This document shows, in pieces, positions 38,854 to 48,882 of a stretch of 64,000 bases of DNA. The notes beneath the pieces are model-generated. The model was given only the letters and a program-made list of their open reading frames with translations, had not been told where the DNA came from and did no database searches. Every line of letters begins with the position of its first letter. The first letter of the stretch is position 1. This DNA is from Thermoplasmata archaeon (GTDB taxonomy: Archaea > Thermoplasmatota > Thermoplasmata > Lutacidiplasmatales > UBA184). The stretch lies in the NCBI GenBank assembly GCA_052326305.1, contig JBKQPJ010000008.1, forward strand, positions 28,498 to 92,497, read 5' to 3'. The translations under genes and the position numbers were made by a program.

Positions 38854-40026
38854 TTAGCCGTCGACCATGCGGAACCCGAAATAGAGGTTTTCCCTGGAGC
38901 AGAGGTTGCGGACGACGATCTCGGTATGCCGTCCGTCCCGCCGGAGCCGGACGAACGGGTCGTCCCGCAGCGCCTCCGCGAGGACCCGCTCGAAGTGGGA
39001 CCGCCGCTCGAGCGCCCCGCCGAAGCGGCGGACGCGCTCCTGCTCGACCTGCTCGAACGCGAACATGAACTCGTAGAGCGAGCGGTAGATCTGGTCCTCC
39101 ATCCGCTCCCGGACCTCGGCCTCCTCGAGGGTGACGTCGTCGATCCCTTCGAGGTCGACGAAGTAGACGGCGCCGTCGGGGGCGAGGACGGCGTCCTTGT
39201 CGAGCCAGACGTCGTGGAAGTCGAGCCCCGTGAACCGGCCGCGCCCCGGGTCGAACGAGAGCGTCCGGGCGTAGAGGGTGAGGAGCGCGATCGCGCTGCG
39301 GACGAAGTTCGTCTCGAACCGGAGGGCGGAGGAGGAGCTCTCGATCGAGAAGAGGTCGAAGACGTGGCGGATGCCGGTGCCGAGGGTGTTCCGGGCATGG
39401 AAGTAGACGCGAACGTTCGACGGGACGAGCCGGAGCTCCTGGACGATCCGCCCGGGGTACTGGCGGTACCAGTAGATCTTCCGCACCCGCTCCTCGAGCG
39501 CTCGAGGCAGGAAGCAGACCTTCACCACCGGCGCGATCAGGAAGCCGTGGATCGAGGTCAGCTCCGCCCGCTCGGAGACGCGCAGCGCGGTCATCGCGTG
39601 CTCGAGGCCCTGACCGCCGTACGGGGACCCTCGCAACCACAGCTCCCCGGTGATCATCCGGGGCTCGGGGTCGGACGGCGGTCGGCGGAGCCGCTCGCCG
39701 AGGTCGGGGTCGTCCGTCAGGCTCGAGGCCGTGGCCCGGTCGAGCGGCCGCGTCGAGTACGGGTCGACCGTCGAGCCGACCCCCTTCACCGACAGGTAGA
39801 ACGCGCGGCCGTCGAGGGTCGCGACGGGATCCCGGGAGACGGCTCCGCGATTGTCGTCCTCGACGAACTCGCGGGTCTCGATCGGCGCCTCGTCCAAGAG
39901 CGGGGCCAGGCTCGATGGCAGATAGACGCGGTCGAGCCCGGAGAGCTCGAAGGCGCGAAACTCCCGGTGCGTCACGCTCTCCGCCGGATGGGCGTGGAGC
40001 TCGAGGGGCGTGCCCGTCAACCGCAT
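38854..40026 (-). CDS. hypothetical protein, possible protein-kinase-like fold
   Basis: ATG at 40024-40026 (MRLTGTPLELH...). FHDVWLDKDAVL and YFVDLEG are weakly reminiscent of HxD catalytic loop and DFG-like motifs. Otherwise unassigned. Confidence 0.4.
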   Translation of the reverse strand: MRLTGTPLELHAHPAESVTHREFRAFELSGLDRVYLPSSLAPLLDEAPIETREFVEDDNRGAVSRDPVATLDGRAFYLSVKGVGSTVDPYSTRPLDRATASSLTDDPDLGERLRRPPSDPEPRMITGELWLRGSPYGGQGLEHAMTALRVSERAELTSIHGFLIAPVVKVCFLPRALEERVRKIYWYRQYPGRIVQELRLVPSNVRVYFHARNTLGTGIRHVFDLFSIESSSSALRFETNFVRSAIALLTLYARTLSFDPGRGRFTGLDFHDVWLDKDAVLAPDGAVYFVDLEGIDDVTLEEAEVRERMEDQIYRSLYEFMFAFEQVEQERVRRFGGALERRSHFERVLAEALRDDPFVRLRRDGRHTEIVVRNLCSRENLYFGFRMVDG

Positions 40027-40223
40027 CGCCGGAAACGCTCCGGCGACGTCGATCGGACCGCCGATTCCGGACAGATCCCTGCCACGACGCGCCGCCCCCG
40101 ACCCGGAGCACGCCGACGGGCGAAAAGCATTCCCGAACGTGCCCGCCTCGGGCCCGGGGGAAAAGAGGCCCCTCGGCGGCCGGGGGTCGGTCGGAGGAGC
40201 CGCCGGGTCGGCGGAGCCCCCCG

Positions 40224-41186
40224 CTATCGGTCCGAGGCTCGGTGGTCCCCGCACGCTCCGCAGCGGGTCGCCCACGGCGAGTTCACGGTGCGGCACCGGT
40301 GGCAGACCCAGCGCGTGGTCCGGGAGGCGGAGAACGGGATCGCGTTGCGTCCCGTCGAGGGCAGGGTGGCGCCGGTCGGGGCCCCGGCCTCGCCCGGCGG
40401 TCCGCGGTCGGTCAGCTGGTAGGGCTGGTTCGCGGCCGCCCACTCCCATTGCTCCCGCTGGGTGAACGGGCCGTGACGGCCCCTCCAGAGGAGAAAGGCG
40501 CCGAAGAGGCTCGCGGCCGCGAGCCCGATCGTCGCGAAGAAGGCGTAGCCGCCGCCCCAGTTCAGCTTCGAGGCGCACTCGATGCACGAGCCCGGAATGA
40601 CCCCCGCGGTCACCCCGCCCAGGAACGACGGGCACGTCGTCTGGTTCGCCGAGAGGGCCGCACAGTAGCCCGCCGCCTGGGGGCCGGGACCGAGGGCCAC
40701 GGTGAACCCGACCATCCCGAGGGCGAGAAGACCGACCGCCAGCGCGAGGACGATCGCGAGGGTGAACTGCGCGCGGCCGAAGGAGTACCCGAGGAGCCCG
40801 AGCCCCAGCAGGGCCCCCGCGCCGAGGGCCCCGGCGACGATCGCGCCGAGACCTAGGTCGAGCGCCCCGTACGCCGACCCCACGACCCCCGCCACGGAGC
40901 TCGAGATGTTCGCGCAGGGGTCCGGGTGCCAGTCCCGCCAGCTCGAGCACGAGGCCGACCCCCCGGCGTTGAACTCGACCTCGACGTTCTGTACCTGTTC
41001 GTTGGTCAGCTCGCTGGCGGAGACCCTCGTGGCCGTCCACCAGGGTCCGTTGATCGACAGGGCCCCGAGGACCGCCGCGGCGAGGAAGAGGAGGACCGCG
41101 ATCCGGCGGTGGAGGTCCACGTAGTGGAACGGTCGATGGCGACCGTGTCCGGCGGATCCGTTCGTCGGCCCTGGTCCCCCCGACAC
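40224..41186 (-). CDS. multi-pass membrane protein with C-terminal zinc ribbon
   Basis: Five or six Gly/Ala/Leu-rich TM helices. C-terminal WVCHRCRTVNSPWATRCGACG zinc ribbon. Confidence 0.55.
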   Translation of the reverse strand: MSGGPGPTNGSAGHGRHRPFHYVDLHRRIAVLLFLAAAVLGALSINGPWWTATRVSASELTNEQVQNVEVEFNAGGSASCSSWRDWHPDPCANISSSVAGVVGSAYGALDLGLGAIVAGALGAGALLGLGLLGYSFGRAQFTLAIVLALAVGLLALGMVGFTVALGPGPQAAGYCAALSANQTTCPSFLGGVTAGVIPGSCIECASKLNWGGGYAFFATIGLAAASLFGAFLLWRGRHGPFTQREQWEWAAANQPYQLTDRGPPGEAGAPTGATLPSTGRNAIPFSASRTTRWVCHRCRTVNSPWATRCGACGDHRASDR

Positions 41187-41389
41187 GCTCCTTACTCTCC
41201 GATCGGATCGAGGCCCCGAGGGACCCGCCGACCCCGACCCGAGAGGCGTCTTATCGCTGACGCCGCCGGCGCGGCGGTTCCGGCGCCGGGACCGTCGAGC
41301 GGCAGGCCCGCCCAGAGCCCTCGGGGTCGGTCCCCCCGCCGGCTATATGGGCAGCTCCGGGCTGAGCGCCCACCCGAACGCGAGGCAAC

Positions 41390-41905
41390 GTGCACCGACG
41401 ACTGATCATCCTGGGGATCGCCGTGGCGCTGCTGGGGGTCGCGCTGTGGTACTTCCCCATCCAGACGACCACGACCGGCCCGGTGACCGGCTCGGGGACG
41501 TCGAACGTGGTGGGGCTCTACGCTCCGCTCGACGTGTTCGGCGGGTCGGTCCCCTTCACGCTCCACTGGCAGTCGCACTTCACGATGACCGTGAAGGTGT
41601 ACAGCTGCGGGGACTCTCCGGGCTGCAAGAACGTGCTCCCCTCGAACTACCTCACGGGGGGGAGCGGGACCTCGGGAACGCTCCACTGGCACGGAACGGC
41701 CGGGGAGTACTTCGCGATCATCTCCACGTCCGAACCGCTCACCTACACCTTGGTCTACCCGGAGCCGGTCCTCGGAGGGACCGCGGGGGCCGGGGCGACC
41801 GTGTTCGGAGGGTTCCTGATCGTGCTCGGCGTATGGCTCCCTCCCCCGGTGCGCCGCGTGCGGCCCGGGAAGCGCGAGGACGGGTCAGGGCGGGACCCGT
41901 TCTAG
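41390..41905 (+). CDS. hypothetical secreted/membrane protein with N- and C-terminal TM helices
   Basis: LIILGIAVALLGVALWYF signal/anchor and VFGGFLIVLGVWL C-terminal TM. Thr/Gly-rich ectodomain. Confidence 0.45.
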   Translation: MHRRLIILGIAVALLGVALWYFPIQTTTTGPVTGSGTSNVVGLYAPLDVFGGSVPFTLHWQSHFTMTVKVYSCGDSPGCKNVLPSNYLTGGSGTSGTLHWHGTAGEYFAIISTSEPLTYTLVYPEPVLGGTAGAGATVFGGFLIVLGVWLPPPVRRVRPGKREDGSGRDPF

Positions 41906-42134
41906 GATCGACAGGACGGCAAGGCCGGGGCGCCCGGGAAGGACGCCGTTCACTGGTTGCGGGTGATCACCCGGCCGATGAGGCCGCCGAGGATGCCCCC
42001 GGCGATCAGGCCGACCACGAGGTAGATGATCCCCCAGAGGAGGGTGCTGAGCGAGAGGTAGCCGAGCTGCTGCAGGAGGAAGATCACGACGGCGCCGAGG
42101 ACGGCCCCCGAGCCCGCGGCGTTCGATGCCGCGC

Positions 42135-42890
42135 TCACGGGGATCCCTCCGGCGGGGTTACCGGCGGTGGGGGCGGAGACTCGGGGGTCGTCGCCCCTCC
42201 GGCCGCGGAACCGGTCTCGGACGGATGCTCCCACGGCGTCGGCGGCGAGCTCACCGTCTTCGGTCGCCGGCGCACGGAACGGCCGACCGTGAGGATCGAG
42301 TACAGCTCGACGAGGCCCAGCACGAGGAGGAAGATGATCAATCCGGAGGCGATGTGGTCCACGGCCGTCGCGTCGATGTAGAAGTTCTCGCTCCAGACGG
42401 TCGAGCCGTTCGCGTCGACGAGGCTCGCGGTCAGCAGGTAGACGCCCGCGAGCAGGTAGGTGAAGGTGCCCAGGCCCCAGTTCATCGTCCCGGTGCCGTG
42501 CTCGACCCCGCCCCCCGCGGGGTGGTTGACCGTCGACACCTGGTCGGTGGAGATGACCGCCCCGAAGTAGAAAGCCTGGATCCGGGCGAGCGTCACGTTC
42601 GGTCCCCCGGCGTGGATCGTATAGGTGAACACGTTGACGATCTGTTGATTGGCCGAGATCCCGAAGGCGTGCGCTTCGGTGCTCGCCGCGGAGAGGTTCG
42701 TGCCGCCCCACGTGGCGTGCGGACCCCCCAGGCCCGTGGTCGCCGGTGCCGCGAGGGCGTTCACGGTCGTAGGGCGCGCTCCGACCCCGGCCGCATCGGC
42801 CGCGGGCATCGCGATCAGCAGGGCGATCGAGGCCACGAGGACCCACTGGCCTGCGCGTCCGAACCCTAGAGGCCGACCCGATCTCGCCAT
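42135..42890 (-). CDS. hypothetical membrane-anchored extracellular protein
   Basis: Signal-like N-terminus (WVLVASIALLIAMPAADA), C-terminal TM (LIIFLLVLGLVELYSIL) and a Pro-rich cytoplasmic tail. A possible small TM ORF follows at about 41950-42138. Confidence 0.45.
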   Translation of the reverse strand: MARSGRPLGFGRAGQWVLVASIALLIAMPAADAAGVGARPTTVNALAAPATTGLGGPHATWGGTNLSAASTEAHAFGISANQQIVNVFTYTIHAGGPNVTLARIQAFYFGAVISTDQVSTVNHPAGGGVEHGTGTMNWGLGTFTYLLAGVYLLTASLVDANGSTVWSENFYIDATAVDHIASGLIIFLLVLGLVELYSILTVGRSVRRRPKTVSSPPTPWEHPSETGSAAGGATTPESPPPPPVTPPEGSP

Positions 42891-43006
42891 GCTTCAGGGC
42901 GACCGAACGGCGTCGGGTTAATGAACTATTCCTCGGAGAGGGCTTCGGGAGACCCCGGGGACGGACCCCTCCGAGGGCGGGAGTTCGAGGGGCGGGACCG
43001 ACGGGC

Positions 43007-46000
43007 CTACGTCCCCGCCGGCGCGGCCCCCCGCAGGGCGGAGACGAGCCGATCGAGGTCCGCTTCTCCCAGGAGGGTCGGGGTGATGTGGATCCAGATC
43101 CGGGCGACGTGCTGGCGGGCCGCCACGTCGATGTCGCGGAGGAAGGCGCCGACGCGCTCGACCCCGTGCATGCCCACCAGGTACTCGATCCCCTCGATGA
43201 AGACGGCCGTCACCCCGTCGTCTTCGAACGCCCGGAGGAGGCTCTGGGCGAGCGCGGGGAGGTCCGACGGGCGGAGCGTCCGCGGCCGGTCGAGGTTCGT
43301 GAGCCAGTAGACCTCCACCGGACGGGGGCCGATGTGGACGCGGATCCGCTCGGGAAGCTCCCGGACGAGGGCGATCCCCTTGTGGCCGGCGGCCGTCGCG
43401 TCGAGGAACGGCTGCAGCGCGAGAAAGAGCGCCGACGAGAAGTCGATCTCGACCCCCGCGGGCGGGGGCGGTGGGATCTCGACCGGCACGGGGGCCGGAA
43501 CCGGCGACGGGACCTCCGCCCGGACCGGGGCGGGCTCGGGCGGAAGGGCTTCCGTCGGAACGACGGACGCCTCCTCCGGCATCACCTCCACCGGGGCCTC
43601 GGGGGGAGTCGCGGGCAGCGCTTCGGCGCCTGCCGCTTCCAGTACAGGAGCGGTCACCTCGCTTTCGAGCGGCGTCTCGGCCGGCCCGGCCTCGGGTCCG
43701 CCGGGAACTAGGTCGGAGGTCGGGGGTGAAGGGGAGGGCGGCTCCTCGCTGGCAATCATGGGGGTGGAGGGGGTGGGCTCCCGAGGCCCCTCGGGTGCGT
43801 CGGAGTCCACCGGTGGCAGCAAGTCGGCTTCCGGGGCCGGGGTCGGGGCCTCGCCGGCCGGTTCGCCGATCGCGCTGGAGTTCTCGGCCGGGGCCCGCGG
43901 AAGATCCGGGATTCCCACCTCGGCCGGGGGCGGTGCCGATTCGAACGCCTCGGCCATCGGCTCGTTCGGGGATTCTGTCGCCGGGGTGCTCGGCGGTACC
44001 TCCGAGGCTCCCGGTGGAGATAGGTCCTGAAGAGGCTCCGGGGCTGCGTCCATCGCTTCGCCCGCGGGCGGGGCCTCGAGCGGTGCCTCGGCCTCCTCCG
44101 CGCCAGCAACCGGCGGAACTTCCTCCGCCGCCGAACCGTTCTCCACCGCCTCGGTAGGGAGCTCGGCCTCGCCCCCCGGGGACTGCTCGCCAGGGAGCGG
44201 GAAGTCCTCCGGTTCCGTCGAGGGAGGACCGGTCTCGGTAGGCGGCGCGGGGCTGGCCTCGGGCGGCGCGACCGGTGGGGCCGAGGGCGTTTCCATCGCC
44301 TCCGAGGTCGGGGCAGTTATCGAGCTCGCCTCCGGGGGCGAGGGCGGGGTGACGGTCGCCTCGGACACCCCTTCCGTCCCCTCGGCGGGGGCGGGTTCGG
44401 GAGCGTCGACCACTCCTTCGGGCGGCTCGTCCCCTTCCGAAGAGGGAACCGCCGCGTCGTCGTCCAGGACCGGCTCGTCGATCTCCGGGGCGATCTCCAC
44501 ATCCGGTGAAAGTTCCGGGACCTCGGGGGGTGACTCGGACGCCGTGACCTCGATAGCAGCCTCCGCTGGGGCGGCCGACTCCAGTCGGTCGGGAGACGGT
44601 ACCGGCTCACGCTCTTCCGCGGACGGCTCCGGAGGAAGGTCTTCCTGCCCCAGGGGTTCCCCCGCGCCCAGCAGGAGCCGTTCCGGCGCGGCCTCGATCG
44701 GGACCGGCGGAATCGGATGCGCCGGCGGTTCCGGTGCGGCTGCCGGGGCGGGGGCCTCGGGCGGGGAGGCCGCGGGAGGCTCGGATTCGGCCGGCTGAAC
44801 ATCGCCCGCTTCGGAGCTCGGGGGGAGAAGAACCGGCGTTACAGGTGCCGCGGGACTAGGAGGTACGAGCACCGTTGGCGGCGCGGGTGAGGGAACGCGT
44901 TCCGGGGACGGACCGCCGGGATCGGGACTCATCACGGTCGGACGAGGATGGGCCGGGGCGGGGGGGACCGTTCGGCCGAGCTTCTTCCAGAGCGTCGCCG
45001 CCACCGGTCGTCCGAAGCCGGCGAGCGCCGCGACCTTCTCGAAGGGGGCTTCCCGGAACCCTTCCATCGACTGGAGCCCCGCGCCCCAGGCGATCGTGAC
45101 CTTCGCCGGCCCCAACAGGGGAACCGCGAAAAGTTCGTCGAGCTCCTGGCCGAGCTCCCGGATCGATTGTTCGCGTGCGATCACCTTCTCGTCGGAGTAA
45201 TCGATCTCGGCGGGCCCGGCCGCCGCGCTGGGGGGCGGCACTCGACGGCCGTCCGAGCAGACGGGGCGCCGCTTGGGAGCCCGGCGCGCTACCGGGACCC
45301 CAGGGAGGGAGACCGACCAGCGGGCCCCCGTTCGGGTACGGCCCTCGACCGCCGGGTGGGGCATCGCCTCGGGCGCCGCCCCGACGACCCGCAGCTCTTC
45401 GATATGCAGGTACTCGCCGATCGCGCCGGCCTTTTCCCGGAGCTCGGCGGCGAGCGGGTCGACCGCCGCGACGATCGCCACCCGTGGGGCCGGGCCGGTG
45501 GTCGATTCCGGGGCACCGAGACGACGCCGCACCCGGCGCACCAGCCAGAAGGCGTCGGGAGATAGAGGAGGTGGGGTGCTGGGCCGGTCGCCCTTTCCCA
45601 GCAGTTGCACGTACATCTCTCCCGAGGCGAACGGGGTGGGCGAGAACCCCTCGGGAAGCGTGTCGACCGTCGTCACCATCTCCGGTGTGATCGTCCTCGG
45701 CACGCCGTGGATGAACAGCGTCAGCTCCCGCGCCACGGCATCGGCGCTCCGGCGGGGCGGCATCCGCTCGATCAGATGGACGATCTGGGAGGCGAGCGCC
45801 GGATAGGCCCGCAGGATCTCGGACTCGACCGGGACGACGCGGCGCTGGCGGGCCTCCCACGGGACCTGGGGGCTCGTCACCTCGAGGCGGGAGACCCTGG
45901 CGAGGCGCTCGATCGTCACCCGGTCGGCGCGCAGGCGGCCGGCCACGGCCTCGTCCGGGAGCACGAGCGCGACCAGGGGCAGCACGGTCGCCGGCGCGAG

Positions 46001-48223
46001 ATGGTGGGCCCGGCGGAAGTCGTCGACCGCTGCGAGGACGGTCTGCCAGCGGTCCCACGCCGCCGAGAGCTCCTCGTCGGCCAGGGCGCGGTCCGCGCCC
46101 AGGTCGGACGACTCGAAGAGGCTCCGCGGCTCGGCGATGAGGCGGAGATGGACCGCCTCCGAGGTGAGCGGGGCGATCGGGGCGAGCGCGATCGCCGAGG
46201 CCCGGTAGAGGTAGATGAGCGTGCGCAGGGCGCTCCGCTTCGCGGCTGGGTTGCCCGGAAGGGCGAGCCGGGGGCGGATCATTTCCAGGTACTCGAGGAG
46301 GTCCCGCTCCAGGAACCGGAAGAGGTGGCGGTGCGCGGCCGCCGGCTCCCAGCGGTCGTAGTCGGCCAGGACCCGCAGGTGGGTCCGGGCCCATCGCGCG
46401 AGGATCGCCCGGTCCTCGACCTCGAGGTCGCGCGCGCTCGCGTCGGGCGGCTGGGCCCCTTCGCGCAGCAGGTCGCGTCCGCAGCTCGAGAGCAGCGCCC
46501 GGCTCTGGGAATAGAAGCGCTCGAGCCGCGCCTCCTCCTGACGGCACCGTTCCTCGAACGTCGTCGTCGATCCGCCCGCGCCGGCCGTACGGACGAAGGC
46601 GGAGCGGACGGCATCGGCGCCGTGCGCCCCGACGAGCCGGGGTAGGTCGACCCGGCTCACGGTCGGTTCGACGCTCAGGCCGAAGTCGGCGCTCGTCGCT
46701 TCGAGGCCGCTCATCGAGGCGAGGTGATGGACGAGCGTCGGGACCCGGCGCCGCTCGTTCGCGTAGACCCGGACGGTGTCGGCGGGGGAAAACGGATCGC
46801 AGCGGGCCCACGCCCCGAACGCCCCGCCGACCTCCGCGAGGAGCCGGCGGGCGACGAGCCGACGGGTCCCGCCGCAGGGGCAGGCGCGCGGACCGTCGGG
46901 AGCGTCGAGCCGTTCGCAGCGCGCGCACTCGAGCAGGGCGACGGCCTCGGGGTCGGAGGAGGGGATCGTCTCGCTCACCGGCCAGCGGGAGATCTCGATC
47001 TGCGCGATCGGCCGGTCGCGGGGCAGGAGCCGGGCGTACCGGTCCTTCTGCTCGGGGGCCAGGTGGTTCGGTTCGAGGCACCAGGCCCGTCCCGGGGTCC
47101 AGACCATCCGGTGCCCGCAGAGGGAGCAGTACGGGACCCCTCGGACGACGCGGAGGCGGGCGAGGACGGAGCCGCCCTCCATCAGATCGCGGCAGACGAA
47201 CTCGTTCGCGGTCTCGACGTCGAGCCCGGAGTACTTGTGCATCAACGTCGGGTCGAGCAATCCGCGCGAGGTGAGGAGCGGCCACCCGGCGATCCCGAGA
47301 CGCTCGGCGATCTCCGCGTCGGTCGGGCCGTGGCCGGGGACGAGCGGCACGATCCCCGTGCCCGTGTCCCCGACCTCGAGGTCCGCCTGGATCGTGCCGG
47401 CGGGCGGGTCGAGCGAGCCGCCGATCGGGAACTCGTGCCGGAGCGGGTAGGCGTACGCCCGTCCGACCCACTCCCGGCCCGGCCGCTCCTCGCGCACCTC
47501 GAGCTCCACGTCGGGCAGCCAGGCGTGCAATCGGGCGAGCGAGCCGTGGGACGTGAGGAGGAGCGCGCTCGATCCCTTGTGCCGGTACTCCACGACCGAG
47601 TAGGGGACGTCCGGGTGGACGAGCAGGGCGCTCGCCCCGAGGAGGCGCCACGGGGCGTCGACCCAGACGAGGGCGTCGACGGCGGGGTCGGTGCCCTGCA
47701 GGGGGAATCGCACGAGGAACGTGTCGCCGACCTCCTTCTGGTAGATGATCCGCTCGGGCGTGCGCGGGATGCGGCAGGAGAGGCAGACCCGCAGCGGGCC
47801 GTCCCGCGCGACGAGCACCCCCTTGCGCGCGAGCCGCGCGACGATCGCCTGGACCCCGGCCTGTCGGTCGGCGGTATCCCACGGCCGGTCGCCCGCGCCG
47901 CCGGTCCACAGGGCGAGCGACTCGAGCAAGGGGCCGAGGCCCGCGGGGGTCGCGTTGGCGCCGTGCCGCTCGTCGCGGAGCGTTCCGACCACGCCGCGGC
48001 GGCTGAGAAGGAGGTGGCGCGCGTCCACGTCCGCGGCGACCGCGCGGTGCGCGACCATCTCCGCGGGCTCGCCCGGGGTGAACGACCCTTCGAACTGACG
48101 TACGATCGGCCCATCGGTCGGCCCGAGGGTCCCGCCGGGGGGGGGCAATCGCCGGGACCTCCAGAACGTGCGGATCTCCGGTTCGAGCGTGCGAACGGTG
48201 AACCGCGGCGTCTCCTCCGGCAT
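43007..48223 (-). CDS. catalytically degenerate IleRS-like protein fused by a long Pro/Glu/Ala-rich linker to a DUF835-like C-terminal domain
   Basis: ATG at 48221-48223 ([21 protein letters not shown]).
- Class-I aaRS N-terminus with HIGH replaced (PAEMVAH).
- CP1 editing-domain motif [24 protein letters not shown].
- Cys knuckles CSLCGH...WCLE and CARCERLD...CPCGG.
- The KMSKS position reads DFGLS, followed by GADAVRSAF.
- Anticodon-binding-like helical region.
- About 600 aa of low-complexity P/E/A/S linker.
- C-terminal 130 aa ([20 protein letters not shown]...[14 protein letters not shown]...[10 protein letters not shown]) resembling DUF835. Confidence 0.6.
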   Translation of the reverse strand: MPEETPRFTVRTLEPEIRTFWRSRRLPPPGGTLGPTDGPIVRQFEGSFTPGEPAEMVAHRAVAADVDARHLLLSRRGVVGTLRDERHGANATPAGLGPLLESLALWTGGAGDRPWDTADRQAGVQAIVARLARKGVLVARDGPLRVCLSCRIPRTPERIIYQKEVGDTFLVRFPLQGTDPAVDALVWVDAPWRLLGASALLVHPDVPYSVVEYRHKGSSALLLTSHGSLARLHAWLPDVELEVREERPGREWVGRAYAYPLRHEFPIGGSLDPPAGTIQADLEVGDTGTGIVPLVPGHGPTDAEIAERLGIAGWPLLTSRGLLDPTLMHKYSGLDVETANEFVCRDLMEGGSVLARLRVVRGVPYCSLCGHRMVWTPGRAWCLEPNHLAPEQKDRYARLLPRDRPIAQIEISRWPVSETIPSSDPEAVALLECARCERLDAPDGPRACPCGGTRRLVARRLLAEVGGAFGAWARCDPFSPADTVRVYANERRRVPTLVHHLASMSGLEATSADFGLSVEPTVSRVDLPRLVGAHGADAVRSAFVRTAGAGGSTTTFEERCRQEEARLERFYSQSRALLSSCGRDLLREGAQPPDASARDLEVEDRAILARWARTHLRVLADYDRWEPAAAHRHLFRFLERDLLEYLEMIRPRLALPGNPAAKRSALRTLIYLYRASAIALAPIAPLTSEAVHLRLIAEPRSLFESSDLGADRALADEELSAAWDRWQTVLAAVDDFRRAHHLAPATVLPLVALVLPDEAVAGRLRADRVTIERLARVSRLEVTSPQVPWEARQRRVVPVESEILRAYPALASQIVHLIERMPPRRSADAVARELTLFIHGVPRTITPEMVTTVDTLPEGFSPTPFASGEMYVQLLGKGDRPSTPPPLSPDAFWLVRRVRRRLGAPESTTGPAPRVAIVAAVDPLAAELREKAGAIGEYLHIEELRVVGAAPEAMPHPAVEGRTRTGARWSVSLPGVPVARRAPKRRPVCSDGRRVPPPSAAAGPAEIDYSDEKVIAREQSIRELGQELDELFAVPLLGPAKVTIAWGAGLQSMEGFREAPFEKVAALAGFGRPVAATLWKKLGRTVPPAPAHPRPTVMSPDPGGPSPERVPSPAPPTVLVPPSPAAPVTPVLLPPSSEAGDVQPAESEPPAASPPEAPAPAAAPEPPAHPIPPVPIEAAPERLLLGAGEPLGQEDLPPEPSAEEREPVPSPDRLESAAPAEAAIEVTASESPPEVPELSPDVEIAPEIDEPVLDDDAAVPSSEGDEPPEGVVDAPEPAPAEGTEGVSEATVTPPSPPEASSITAPTSEAMETPSAPPVAPPEASPAPPTETGPPSTEPEDFPLPGEQSPGGEAELPTEAVENGSAAEEVPPVAGAEEAEAPLEAPPAGEAMDAAPEPLQDLSPPGASEVPPSTPATESPNEPMAEAFESAPPPAEVGIPDLPRAPAENSSAIGEPAGEAPTPAPEADLLPPVDSDAPEGPREPTPSTPMIASEEPPSPSPPTSDLVPGGPEAGPAETPLESEVTAPVLEAAGAEALPATPPEAPVEVMPEEASVVPTEALPPEPAPVRAEVPSPVPAPVPVEIPPPPPAGVEIDFSSALFLALQPFLDATAAGHKGIALVRELPERIRVHIGPRPVEVYWLTNLDRPRTLRPSDLPALAQSLLRAFEDDGVTAVFIEGIEYLVGMHGVERVGAFLRDIDVAARQHVARIWIHITPTLLGEADLDRLVSALRGAAPAGT

Positions 48224-48371
48224 CGGTCCCGCGGGCTCCCTCGACCGAGGGAGCGACCGGGGCGGGAATAAACCCTCGTTCGAGCCGAACCGCTGTCGGT
48301 CGGTCCGGCCGCTCGCCTCCGGAGCAACTCTTATGCCGCCGGTCATCTCCGTGGCGTCCGAGGAGACAGGA

Positions 48372-48758
48372 ATGGCCTGGACGCAGCAGGAGGTCCGGGA
48401 GCTGAAGGAGGGCCGGTACATGCTCATCGACGAGGAGCCGTGCCGCATCATCAGTATCCAGACGTCGAAGCCCGGGAAGCACGGAGAGGCGAAGGCGCGG
48501 ATCGATGCGGTCGGGGTGTTCGATGGCTCGAAACGGAGCGTCGTTTTCCCCGTCAAGCACAAGGTCCAGGTGCCGCTGATCGGCAAGAAGCAGGCCCAGG
48601 TCCTGTCGATGACCGACTCGGAGGTCCAGCTGATGGACCTCGAGTCCTACGAGACGTTCATGCTGCCGCTCGACGCGGAGACGAAGGCGGCGGTCTCTCC
48701 CGGAGCGGAGGTCCAGTACGTTGACGCGATGGGGAAGCGCCGGATCACCCGGACGTGA
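48372..48758 (+). CDS. eif5a: translation initiation factor 5A (aIF-5A)
   Basis: ATG at 48372 preceded by ggag. Hypusination loop [14 protein letters not shown]. 128 aa. Confidence 0.9.
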   Translation: MAWTQQEVRELKEGRYMLIDEEPCRIISIQTSKPGKHGEAKARIDAVGVFDGSKRSVVFPVKHKVQVPLIGKKQAQVLSMTDSEVQLMDLESYETFMLPLDAETKAAVSPGAEVQYVDAMGKRRITRT

Positions 48759-48882
48759 GCCTCGGCACCGCCGGTGACCGGGGGACCCGCGCGGTTCATT
48801 AATAAGGAGGGCCCGGCATGAAACACCTGCCCGCGCCCCCTCGGCGACATCGTCAGGTGGCGGAGCGCATGGGAGAAGGAGC

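Noticed and set aside
37329-39398. N-terminal 180 aa of the track ORF (Ser/Arg/Thr-rich)
   Set aside because: It overlaps the well-formed upstream gene 38854-40026 in another frame and has wrong-frame composition. The gene start was moved to GTG at 38852.
43700-45600. Pro/Glu/Ala-rich repetitive stretch as a possible mobile element, tandem repeat array or CRISPR-like array
   Set aside because: No regular spacer/repeat periodicity. It is in-frame low-complexity coding sequence linking two recognisable domains, and no CRISPR repeats were seen anywhere in the window.
44856-48560. 1234-aa minus-strand ORF overlapping the pseudo-IleRS gene in another frame
   Set aside because: Extreme Arg/Gly/Pro bias. 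The co-located frame has recognisable aaRS editing and anticodon-binding motifs, so this is the wrong frame.
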